From positions 1 through 64,000 of IMG/VR virus record IMGVR_UViG_3300022918_000011: 64,000 bases of DNA; one strand, 5' to 3'. Under the pieces are notes generated by a model, which was not told the origin of the DNA, made no database searches, and saw nothing but the letters and a program-made list of their open reading frames with translations. Below, one piece after another: positions 1-8,434 of the stretch (within the stretch, counting starts at the first letter, position 1; each line of letters begins with the position of its first letter). The translations under genes and the position numbers were made by a program. The DNA comes from a virus.

Positions 1-123
1 CCTGTACACGCCGAACGCTGCGAATCCCACTGACGCCAACGCCCACACCAAGCGCACGGCTGTGTTGCCCGTGGAGAAGGATAGGCAGGCGTATGCGAAG
101 GTGAATATTAGAAGGTAGGTCAC
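1..123 (-). CDS. small 2-TM membrane protein, partial (runs off left edge)
   Basis: Manual translation from GTG at 123: MTYLLIFTFAYACLSFSTGNTAVRLVWALASVGFAAFGVYR; GTGA overlap with upstream stop. Confidence 0.55.
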   Translation of the reverse strand, partial: MTYLLIFTFAYACLSFSTGNTAVRLVWALASVGFAAFGVYR

Positions 124-266
124 AGTCCGAAGCTCCTGTAGCTGAAGGTCGCGAGGATGAGCAGGACCATGGTGGAGAACACGGCCGCGATGCGGTGGAG
201 GCGAGCAGGGAAGAAGGCGCCCACGGTGAAGATGAGGGCGGCTGTGAGGAGGAGGGTGAGGGTCAC
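120..266 (-). CDS. small 2-TM membrane protein
   Basis: Hydrophobic 3' part of ORF 120..353; GTG start overlaps stop of upstream gene (GTGA). Confidence 0.6.
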   Translation of the reverse strand: MTLTLLLTAALIFTVGAFFPARLHRIAAVFSTMVLLILATFSYRSFGL

Positions 267-472
267 GATGTTGACCTCGTCGACGACAGCATCTTCTGCC
301 CTGCCAGAGCCCAGGCATACGCCAAGACTGACAGTGAGGCACACGCCAGGCACGAGATTGCCCGGGTCGCTGGACTGTCGCTCATGGTGCAGATCACGAG
401 GGAGGCGAGGGTGGCTGCGAGGATCAGGTAGAAGATGAGGGTGAGGAGGAGGACTTGGGTTTGGGTGGGCAT
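263..472 (-). CDS. small 2-TM membrane protein
   Basis: MPTQTQVLLLTLIFYLILAATLASLVIC...; two hydrophobic helices. Confidence 0.6.
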   Translation of the reverse strand: MPTQTQVLLLTLIFYLILAATLASLVICTMSDSPATRAISCLACASLSVLAYAWALAGQKMLSSTRSTS

Positions 473-646
473 GAGGGTGAAGTCCTGTAGGTGCAGGGAA
501 TTGAGGGAGTGTATAGGGGAAAATCGAAAATGGAAAATTTTCTGGCGGGGACCAGGGCGTAGCACGCCACTGACGTGCTGCATAAAACAGGGGCGGGGGT
601 TAGTACCGTACCAGACGAACGGTCATACTTTTCCTACATCTTTCGC

Positions 647-675
647 TTGCTCTTATACTTCTTATCCCTCATAGT
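647..675 (+). promoter_or_regulatory. putative sigma70 early promoter
   Basis: TTGCTC (647-652), 17 bp spacer, CATAGT (670-675), at the strand divergence point. Confidence 0.5.
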
Positions 676-810
676 TCACCCCATGCACTGACCACACGGT
701 CTAGCGCAAGGGCTCTAGCTTCACTGCCCGCCCAGCTTCTAGCTTTGCCAGTGCCTCGGCTTTCACCTGCCATGCACCCTGTCTGCCGCTTCATTGGCAC
801 TGGCAAGCCC

Positions 811-822
811 CGCTCTTTAACA
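811..822 (+). promoter_or_regulatory. boxA antitermination element
   Basis: CGCTCTTTAACA matches the rrn/lambdoid boxA consensus; preceded by an 11-bp inverted repeat 745-755/796-806; partial copy ACTCTTTAACA at 1101-1111. Confidence 0.7.
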
Positions 823-1340
823 GTTAGTGATTGACATATGCGGATAGCCGCAAACCAGCACAGACCCGTATTCGGGCTGATGGGGAAGTGTTGCCGGTAG
901 ATAAGGGGCCATTGAGTACGCCATGCCTTTTGAAGCCGTCACCATGACCATGTGAGAACCAACCAACTAGAAAGCAGAACACGGTCTAGTCAACGGGATT
1001 GGGAAACTTAACCAGTATGCAGCTATCAGGCGGGACCACTTCCTAATGGGAACCACTCTCTAAGCCTAACGCCAATCAATCCTACTTTAATGAGTACCCC
1101 ACTCTTTAACATAGCTAACTTAAACATCGAACGCTTAACCGCACGGTATATGCACATGCTCTACCTTAAACAGTTTCATCCCTGCATATAACCGACAACT
1201 AATAGCAATCGATAACAGAATATACACAGCCTCCTAAACCGAGGCTGTCACAACGGATTAGGATTAGCTTTAACAGTTGTTTGTAACAAGGCTACTAACA
1301 AGTACCCTTGCCCCAACTAACTGGAAATAGGAATAACATC

Positions 1341-2144
1341 ATGGCCGCTCTCACTCTCAACGTTCAAGGTAAAACCGTTAACGCTGCAATGATCAACGGC
1401 TTTGCCCGCCGTGTCGGTAGCCTCGACGACGTACTGTCTGTATGGGCTAACGCTGCTACCTTGCAAGTAGCTGTACATGGCAATCGCAACTGGATTGACC
1501 AACTGTTTAACATGCCTACCCTTCAGCTGAAGAACGGCGACTTGAACAAACTGGGCAAAGAAGTTCTTGCCTACATTCAAGCGCACTGCCCTCGGATTGT
1601 ATGGAATAAAGATAACCGCACCATCGGCCTAACCAAGCTGGTCAAAGAGTCCATCCTTGCTACTCACTTTGTAGCTGTCGGCGCTACTGAAGAAAGCGAG
1701 ACTGTCAGCCTGCATCGTAACAAGTTCTACCAGCTTCACGGTGACTTTGCCTTGACCTTCTCCGAGTTCAAGAACCTTGCCTCTGAGAAAGCCGAGCCTG
1801 AAGAGAAAGAAGTTAGCATGACTGCTAAAGCTTTCATTACCCAAGCAACTAAGGCTCTCGAATGCTTCAAGGCCGAACGTTTGGTTGGCACTCCGGATGA
1901 GTTGTTTGCCGCCGCCGCCCATGCCAAGGCCCTCTTTATGGCACTGGATGCAGCGCATACCAAGTCGATGGAAGCGAAGTTGGTAGCCATGCAAGAAAGC
2001 GGCGCCGGTCACACACTGGCGGACGAATTCGACACTGCCCGTATCGACATGTCCAACGGCACTATCAGCAACAAATCCCGTCAAGCCCCCGGTCCAGTGG
2101 GTCTGGCTGAAGCAATCGAAGCTAAGGCCGAGGTAGCGGCATGA
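1341..2144 (+). CDS. first early protein, hypothetical
   Basis: AGGA SD before ATG 1341; highly-expressed-type codon usage (GCT/ACT/AAA). Confidence 0.85.
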   Translation: MAALTLNVQGKTVNAAMINGFARRVGSLDDVLSVWANAATLQVAVHGNRNWIDQLFNMPTLQLKNGDLNKLGKEVLAYIQAHCPRIVWNKDNRTIGLTKLVKESILATHFVAVGATEESETVSLHRNKFYQLHGDFALTFSEFKNLASEKAEPEEKEVSMTAKAFITQATKALECFKAERLVGTPDELFAAAAHAKALFMALDAAHTKSMEAKLVAMQESGAGHTLADEFDTARIDMSNGTISNKSRQAPGPVGLAEAIEAKAEVAA

Positions 2145-2449
2145 TTGCCGCTTTGCTGGTAGTCGTTGCTTGCGCCGGGAACGGCGCATGTAACTCATAT
2201 GAGCCCCAGACGTGGTATGCGCCGACCGCCGAGGAACTGGAAACGTGCGCCACCATGGCCGATGATTTGATCCTGTTAGGAAAGCGGGCGTCCTGCCAAG
2301 TGGTGCCGATGGCCGAGGAGGAGGCTAAAAAGACTTCCTTTGCCACCCCGGAGAAAGCGCATCGAATCCGCTTCACTTATCAGGGTGATAAGCCCCGCAA
2401 CGTCGAAGCGGCAATCAGTTTCATCCTGCCAGCTGGGTACGTGTTTTGA
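2141..2449 (+). CDS. small exported Cys-containing protein (YebW/DUF1482-like pattern)
   Basis: Hydrophobic N-terminus then C-x5-C...C...C spacing; ATGA overlap. Confidence 0.6.
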   Translation: MIAALLVVVACAGNGACNSYEPQTWYAPTAEELETCATMADDLILLGKRASCQVVPMAEEEAKKTSFATPEKAHRIRFTYQGDKPRNVEAAISFILPAGYVF

Positions 2450-2589
2450 TTCTTACTTACATGAGGGCGGCCGCCGCCGCCCTCACTTCCATAGCCCTAG
2501 TTTGCGCCGGCGTCCTTGACACCGTAGGTCGCTGCCTGGCGTCGACGGTCGTCTTCCTTTTCGCCTAACCCTTTGTTTTTCCCACCCCA

Positions 2590-2619
2590 GCCTCTGACCG
2601 AAAAGTCAGGGGCTTTTTT
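2590..2619 (+). terminator. intrinsic terminator
   Basis: GCCTCTGAC-cgaaaa-GTCAGGGGC followed by T6. Confidence 0.75.
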
Positions 2620-2680
2620 ACACGCGCGCGCCTGGCATCCGTGCCCAAGTTCCGTCCGATGCCTTCCAGAGGAAACCATC

Positions 2681-2686
2681 ATGTAA
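2681..2686 (+). other. start-stop minigene (ATG TAA) with SD
   Basis: AGAGGA (2668-2673) 7 nt before ATG TAA. Confidence 0.45.
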
Positions 2687-2743
2687 ACGAACCTGTAAGA
2701 GCCGACCAAAATTACTGGGACTTGGTCCCAAAGGAGAAATCCA

Positions 2744-2752
2744 ATGCGCTGA
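2744..2752 (+). other. two-codon minigene (Met-Arg-stop) with strong SD
   Basis: AAGGAG (2731-2736) 7 nt before ATG CGC TGA. Confidence 0.5.
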
Positions 2753-2795
2753 ATTGACTCACGGGCAGATTCCCTAATGCGAGTCGCGCCTAAAC

Positions 2796-2819
2796 CGCCG
2801 GATTAATTCCGGCGTTTTT
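2796..2819 (+). terminator. intrinsic terminator
   Basis: CGCCGGA-ttaat-TCCGGCG followed by T5. Confidence 0.75.
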
Positions 2820-2871
2820 ATTATCTGCAAAAACCCTTATTTTTCAATGACATGACCCAAGGATAAGCATT

Positions 2872-3357
2872 ATGAACCCTATGACCAACATGACCCAGCT
2901 CGCCGCCCAAATCGCCGCCGAAGGTGCCGTTTACGACCACGCCGCCGACCTGCCTTTCCCCAACATTTACTGGGCCACGGTGTCCACGTTCGACGGGCAG
3001 GCGGTCAACACTTTCATCGCCGCCGACCATACCAATGCAGCCGTCGGCAAAGTGTCGAACTGGTGCGCAGCCAATCACAAGTTCCGGCCGCATCGCTCGA
3101 ACTCGGTTATCAAGCTGCGCCGCATGCTGCTCGGCGACGTGATCCACAACCCGGCCGCGTTCGACACCGTGTTTGCCGCTGCCATCGCCAACAACGAACA
3201 CGACAACATTGCCAAGCTGCGCATGCTGCCGTTGTGGATTGCCGACAAGGTTAAGGTGACGCCGGACAGGATCGATATGTCCTCCGCTGACGCCATCTGG
3301 CAGCGTGTGGCCAGCGATCTGGAGCGGTACAGCGCACCGGTACGGGTTTTGCGTTAA
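2872..3357 (+). CDS. hypothetical early protein
   Basis: AAGGA SD, typical codon bias. Confidence 0.8.
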   Translation: MNPMTNMTQLAAQIAAEGAVYDHAADLPFPNIYWATVSTFDGQAVNTFIAADHTNAAVGKVSNWCAANHKFRPHRSNSVIKLRRMLLGDVIHNPAAFDTVFAAAIANNEHDNIAKLRMLPLWIADKVKVTPDRIDMSSADAIWQRVASDLERYSAPVRVLR

Positions 3358-3407
3358 ACGTCTCATACGTCGTCTCAGAAGCTTACATCAGCCAAGGAAT
3401 TAGAATT

Positions 3408-3845
3408 ATGGCCTTCCCCCTCTACACACGATCCCAGATCATCACAGCAGCCAACCACGTCCTCGACGTCACCGTGGCCCTGAGTCTGGACGTCACCGCG
3501 TTCCAAGACTCGTTCATGATCGACGTACTGGAGAACATCCGCGCACCGTCCTCGATCCCGGAAGTACAGGAGGCCATGGCAGCGGAGCTCACCGCCTACG
3601 CCGAAGGTCTGCGCGATTACATGCGGGTCACGCTCATCAAGCACCACTGCGAGTTCGTCTATCGCCACAACGGCAGCCTGTACAAGGTCGACGACGTGGT
3701 CCGGGCCTTGAGCACCGAGCAGATGATGCAGGCGACGGTGGCCTACGTCTGGACCGGGACCGACCTGGCGTTCACCCCGTGGTCAGCGCCGATTCCCAAT
3801 CATGCAGCGTCGAGACTGGCAGGATTGTCAGAGGTGGCAGCGTGA
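3408..3845 (+). CDS. hypothetical early protein
   Basis: AAGGA SD, typical codon bias. Confidence 0.8.
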   Translation: MAFPLYTRSQIITAANHVLDVTVALSLDVTAFQDSFMIDVLENIRAPSSIPEVQEAMAAELTAYAEGLRDYMRVTLIKHHCEFVYRHNGSLYKVDDVVRALSTEQMMQATVAYVWTGTDLAFTPWSAPIPNHAASRLAGLSEVAA

Positions 3846-4048
3846 GCCTGGTCGTGGCCGTCTCTCAGGCCGTTGCTGACATCCTGGGCGTCAGCGTACC
3901 TACCGCTGCGTTAATCGCGCTGGTGGTGACTGTAGGGGCGGTGGGTGTGGTCATTACCGGCCTGGCAGCGGGTATGGAGGCGTGGTCAGCGTACCGGCTG
4001 CGCATGGCTCGACGTAAAGGTGGCTGTGCAGTCCGTATCCACAGATGA
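3842..4048 (+). CDS. small membrane protein
   Basis: GTGA overlap, GAGG SD, long hydrophobic stretch and basic C-terminus. Confidence 0.6.
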   Translation: MSLVVAVSQAVADILGVSVPTAALIALVVTVGAVGVVITGLAAGMEAWSAYRLRMARRKGGCAVRIHR

Positions 4049-4386
4049 GGTGGGAGCAAGGTGCGGGTCGGCGGCCGGGGCGCGAGTTGCGAACCTCGGC
4101 AGCAGGCAACTTGAGGCTGTGAAAGAAAGGGATATCGGCAGCATAGATTAGAGGCTGAGTCAACACCTTTCTGTGCCTCTATCTATAACAGTAGTTTCTT
4201 TACCATTCTAAAGAAATATATAAAGAGGGTGGGTATAAGGGTGAGTCAGAAGTGGAATAAAAAGTAGGGTGTTTGAAATCCAGACGAACGGTAATCTGAA
4301 AAATTATTACTCTTCCCTATGCTCTGTATTTCAAACAGGGTCCTAATCAGCGTAAATCCCCCCGTCGCTGTTCCTTATCCTCCTCA

Positions 4387-4443
4387 CCCTCCCCTCCCAC
4401 CAAACCCTCACCCTCACTGCCTCCCAACCCTTCCCCAACACCC
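4387..4443. repeat. C-run tract (two G-quadruplex-competent motifs on minus strand)
   Basis: Nine runs of 3-4 C with short spacers in noncoding DNA. Confidence 0.6.
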
Positions 4444-4762
4444 TCATCTCCACCTTCCCCTTATACCACCCAAAAATCATACTTCAGGCCAATAGCGAAA
4501 AGTGCCAGTTCGTTATTATATACTCGCCTGTCATCGCGAAAAATTAGCTTATCCTCTGATACCTATCCCCCCCCACGAACGAGGATCCTCCACGAAGTCA
4601 TTTCTTGTACTCGAAAGCTATAAGTTATATTTTGCTAAAAATCTATACCTAATTACCGCGCCGCCGGAGGGTGCGCGATCAAAAAATGAGATTTTTTCAT
4701 TCAGATTTCCGGGTGCGTGTCAACACCCATGTAGCGAATAACCTTGAATACGGTGAAATAAA

Positions 4763-6397
4763 TTGAATCTGGAACTGCTGACCAAAGCTCAAACAGCTGC
4801 ATTACGGCCAACGACACCCGGACCCAAACCCAAGACCCGGAACACACGGCTGCTCAGCCGTTCAGCGCCTCTTAAAGGACCGTTCCAAGCGCTACCAGAT
4901 CCCAAGGGTCATGCCGCCCACAACACAAGGGAGCGTGAGCTGCCGTCGGCCTTGCTCAGGTTCACTGACCCTGTGCAGCGAGATGCCATCGCCGCCCAGC
5001 TGGCCATTGACCAAGCCGAGGAGTTGTTGGCTGCCCGGACGTGGCGCAACTGCCCAGTAGGTCCCGATCAGTTCGGCCCTCTGGACCGCACCGCTGCCAA
5101 AGGTGACCCAGCCTACCGCGACTTCATTAAGGCCGAGCAGCGTCGTCAGCCTGGCCGCTGCCTGATTGGTCCCTCATGCTTCAGCGATAAGGTGCTCGTC
5201 CAGTACGTCGAGCTGCTGGGGCCAGCGGCGTTGTCGCCAGAGGAGGACTTCTTCAGCCCTCCCGTGAGCCCCAGCGTGCTCCCCTACATACTGGGCGGCA
5301 TCACCTTGGCAAACGTCGACGCCCTGTGTGAGCGGGTATTCGTCAGCCTGGGTTTCGACCCGATAGACCCGGCGCTCAAGGGCAGAATGTTGTCCGACGT
5401 GCTCTGTGTCACAGGCTTCAGCCCCAAGGTGCAGCACACGTTCGTGCTTGCCGACGGGATACCGGCCGCCGAGTTCAACCGCTGGCCTGAAGAGAATGAC
5501 GAAGATTTCCTGCGCCGCATGAACGGGGTGCAACGGGGTGGCTTTGTCAGCGGCACCAACAACCTGCGCCATGACTGGTTGCGCCGTACCACTGAGCCAT
5601 TCGCAAGGCATCTGCTCGACTTCGGCGCCGCTTCTTGCACGCTGAGCTGGCGGATAGCCAAGGTGCGGCCGCTGGTCATTGCTGAGGCGCTGAGCGCTTT
5701 CAACCCGCAGAGCCTCTATATGGGGCGGCACAGCATCAAGGACATAATCGAGGTCGATTACCCGGCCTATGTAAACGACTCGGTTGTGTCGGACGAAGCG
5801 TTCTCCAACGCGGTGCGCCGGGTGTTCGAGGGCAGCTGGTTCGACTTGGATCTGGAAGCCAAGCGCGGGTCGATCGCTGCCGATCTGGAGATAGTTCTGG
5901 CGCGCGGGATCATCGGCAAGCTGTCATCGACAGGGCCGAGGTCGTCAGGTCCGGCGCCAAAAATTTCGGCACGTACACTGGTAGGTGCAGCTTTATTGAC
6001 CGGCATACCCGTCGGCAAGTGGGTGCGGTTCGGGATCGACGAGCTGGAACGCCGGGGTGAGTCATTCATCAACCTTCAGGTGTTGGAGGAAGTCATCGAG
6101 CTGATCCTGGATCTGGGCATGTACAACGAAGATCTGGGCGCGGCGGCGCGGTGTGTCGATGAGCTGAACGAGTTTGTAACGACGTTGCGGTTCATTGAAG
6201 AAGACGCAGCAGCTGAGCCGCGGGAACGCTGGAGCCGCAAGCTGCGGGCCGGAACTGATCTGCTCTGGTCACACAAGGGCAGCAATGGCTACTACATCAA
6301 CAGAATCCGGGAGAGCGCTGAGAATCAGGACGAGCTGATCCTGTACAGCAGCAAGCCGGACAGGAAGCTGCTCGGGGTCAAGCCCGGTGAGCTGTAA
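4763..6397 (+). CDS. large hypothetical protein (544 aa)
   Basis: Long ORF; TTG start uncertain; no motif recognised. Confidence 0.75.
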   Translation: MNLELLTKAQTAALRPTTPGPKPKTRNTRLLSRSAPLKGPFQALPDPKGHAAHNTRERELPSALLRFTDPVQRDAIAAQLAIDQAEELLAARTWRNCPVGPDQFGPLDRTAAKGDPAYRDFIKAEQRRQPGRCLIGPSCFSDKVLVQYVELLGPAALSPEEDFFSPPVSPSVLPYILGGITLANVDALCERVFVSLGFDPIDPALKGRMLSDVLCVTGFSPKVQHTFVLADGIPAAEFNRWPEENDEDFLRRMNGVQRGGFVSGTNNLRHDWLRRTTEPFARHLLDFGAASCTLSWRIAKVRPLVIAEALSAFNPQSLYMGRHSIKDIIEVDYPAYVNDSVVSDEAFSNAVRRVFEGSWFDLDLEAKRGSIAADLEIVLARGIIGKLSSTGPRSSGPAPKISARTLVGAALLTGIPVGKWVRFGIDELERRGESFINLQVLEEVIELILDLGMYNEDLGAAARCVDELNEFVTTLRFIEEDAAAEPRERWSRKLRAGTDLLWSHKGSNGYYINRIRESAENQDELILYSSKPDRKLLGVKPGEL

Positions 6398-6418
6398 ACA
6401 AACTTATAAGGTGACGAT

Positions 6419-6988
6419 ATGAGAGCGCCATCGGATCGCCAGAAAGGGTTGAGCCTGGCAGAACAGATAGCACAGCAGGTGCCGGGTTATCAGCCTGTAG
6501 AGCTGGTGACCCGGCTGGAGATGCTGCTTCAGCTGTCCATTGAGTTGAGCCAGCGTCGGTGGCCTTATTACGCCGAGCATCCGGAGTTTGATCGAGAACA
6601 TCAGGCGGCCAACGGCGTCGACCAGATGTTCAAGATGGCCGGCTGCGACCCGCGCTTTCGGGCGGTGGGGCTTTTCTGGTACCGGCCACGACTGGTCTGG
6701 TACTTCGAGGGGCAGGTCAGTGACGGTGCGCTGGCGGCCTTTATCGGGCTGCCAACCAGCCCGCACCAGACAGCCTCTACACCGTTGCAGCGGTACCTGG
6801 GTATGAGCATTAAAGGCATCGGCCTGATGACCAAGGTGCATGGCTGGCTGTGCAAGGCCCGCCGGCTTGCCGGGGTGCCTGAAGTCAAGGACCTGCGCTA
6901 CACCACGACCTATCCGCATATGGCTCCGATTCCTTACACGGAGCCAGAATTCCCGGCAGCTGCCGACTCGCAAATTTATCAGGACTAG
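6419..6988 (+). CDS. hypothetical protein
   Basis: TAAGGTGA SD; fills operon gap. Confidence 0.75.
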   Translation: MRAPSDRQKGLSLAEQIAQQVPGYQPVELVTRLEMLLQLSIELSQRRWPYYAEHPEFDREHQAANGVDQMFKMAGCDPRFRAVGLFWYRPRLVWYFEGQVSDGALAAFIGLPTSPHQTASTPLQRYLGMSIKGIGLMTKVHGWLCKARRLAGVPEVKDLRYTTTYPHMAPIPYTEPEFPAAADSQIYQD

Positions 6989-6993
6989 AACCC

Positions 6994-8031
6994 ATGAACC
7001 TAGAATCACACGCCGCGCTGTTAATGTCGGCAGGCTTCAGCTTCCACTCCTCGTATGTGCCTCGTGGTTTTTACTGGCGCTCGGGTGAAGTATTCAGCGA
7101 GTTGTTCGGCACGTTTGCCGAGAGCGTTAACGATGCGGCTAACGTCGGGCTTGAGAAGCCGAAAGAGCCTCAATCAGCCGCCGAGTTTCTGGCGCAGGAC
7201 TGGGTGGCAGAGCTCAGAGAGGCCGGCTACTACACCGCTGGACGCGGTTACCTCGGTGTGGGCCTGTTTAACGGTGACCAAGAACTGGGGTCGTTCAAGA
7301 CCCCGTTCGAGGCATGGGAGCATGCCCGGACACTGAACTCGGCCGGCCCGCGAGCCCTGACCGAGGACGAAGCCGCCAAGCGCAAAGAACTTGCCGACGT
7401 CGGCTACGGGGTGGTTTACGACACGGGTGGTACCTGCCAGGCGGCAAACGGCACCTACTGGCCAGCGCACTACGGCAAGGTGCTGGGCAGCAAGTCCTTC
7501 GATTACCCGGCGGATGCATGGCGGGAGATCTTCCGGATCCAAGCCCTCAGTTCATCCGAGCTGCAAGGCTTCCCGGCACCATCCCGGCTCAAGGTACTGG
7601 CTGATTCTCTGCGCACCGCGCTGGAAACCGCTACGACTTGCACCGCTGAGCTGGAAAGCGAACGACGGCAGGCCGGCTACAACGTTGTTCAGGTCTGCGG
7701 CGGGTGGGCTTGGGTGCATGAAGCCGACGGGGTAAGTTCAACGGACTATTTCATTGACGAGCCGCGTGCTTGGCTCGGTTCCGCTGAGTTCGAGCTAACC
7801 CCGAAGGAGTGTGAGGAGGAGCCTGAGCGCCCCTTCGAGCAGACCATCGAGTCCCTGAAAAAATTCGGGTACGTGGTCGTCGCGTGGAGCCCATCGGCCC
7901 GGGACAACACGATGTATTACTGGGTCAACAACAAGTTCAAGGCCCGCCAGACAGGTGAGAGCGATCTGGAGTCGCTGGCCTGGATCGAAGCCGCGAAGTT
8001 CAGCGAGTCGATCGACGGGGCAGACGAGTGA
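6994..8031 (+). CDS. hypothetical protein with about 5 internal domain repeats
   Basis: Recurrent L-x-x-x-GY...F...AW pattern. Confidence 0.8.
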   Translation: MNLESHAALLMSAGFSFHSSYVPRGFYWRSGEVFSELFGTFAESVNDAANVGLEKPKEPQSAAEFLAQDWVAELREAGYYTAGRGYLGVGLFNGDQELGSFKTPFEAWEHARTLNSAGPRALTEDEAAKRKELADVGYGVVYDTGGTCQAANGTYWPAHYGKVLGSKSFDYPADAWREIFRIQALSSSELQGFPAPSRLKVLADSLRTALETATTCTAELESERRQAGYNVVQVCGGWAWVHEADGVSSTDYFIDEPRAWLGSAEFELTPKECEEEPERPFEQTIESLKKFGYVVVAWSPSARDNTMYYWVNNKFKARQTGESDLESLAWIEAAKFSESIDGADE

Positions 8032-8177
8032 GCCTCGTCTGGTGGTCACTAGCCCTCTGGATCGCCTTCGTCCTCGTCGCGATCTTCTGTATCAACCGCT
8101 GGATCATCCAGCCCACCAAGCGCTCGCTGAACAAGGCGCTGAAGAAATTCTCGGGCGGCAATCGCCGCAAGGAGTAA
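8028..8177 (+). CDS. small membrane protein (49 aa)
   Basis: Manual translation MSLVWWSLALWIAFVLVAIFCINRWII...; GTGA overlap. Confidence 0.6.
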   Translation: MSLVWWSLALWIAFVLVAIFCINRWIIQPTKRSLNKALKKFSGGNRRKE

Positions 8178-8180
8178 GTC

Positions 8181-8429
8181 ATGGCCGAACTTCTGTCCAT
8201 CAACACTTACGCAAGACGGGCATACACCAAGCGGTATGCCTTCCACCGGGTGCGGGTCAGTAAGACAGGTGACATTACCGGGCTGTGGGGCAAACGCCAC
8301 AGTGGGCAGGCCCTTGACCCGGTAAACCTCGGCAACATTGCAGACTGCCGAACCTCTCAAACTGACACAGGAATCCGGTTCTACCACAAGGATTTTCTGG
8401 TCTACACCTTCGCGCTACCGGGAGCATAA
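8181..8429 (+). CDS. hypothetical protein
   Basis: AAGGAG SD. Confidence 0.7.
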   Translation: MAELLSINTYARRAYTKRYAFHRVRVSKTGDITGLWGKRHSGQALDPVNLGNIADCRTSQTDTGIRFYHKDFLVYTFALPGA

Positions 8430-8434
8430 CCACC

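Noticed and set aside
831-836. TTGACA as a promoter (also 2516-2521 and 20274-20279)
   Set aside because: No acceptable -10 hexamer at 16-18 bp.
3130-3175. VIHNPAAFD resembling the DnaQ ExoII motif (and GYNMAFE in 27727..28098) as further enzyme decoys
   Set aside because: Single short motifs without ExoI/ExoIII support; could be chance.
4319-4495. Pro/His-rich short ORF over the C-rich tract
   Set aside because: No SD; its composition is a by-product of the C-runs.
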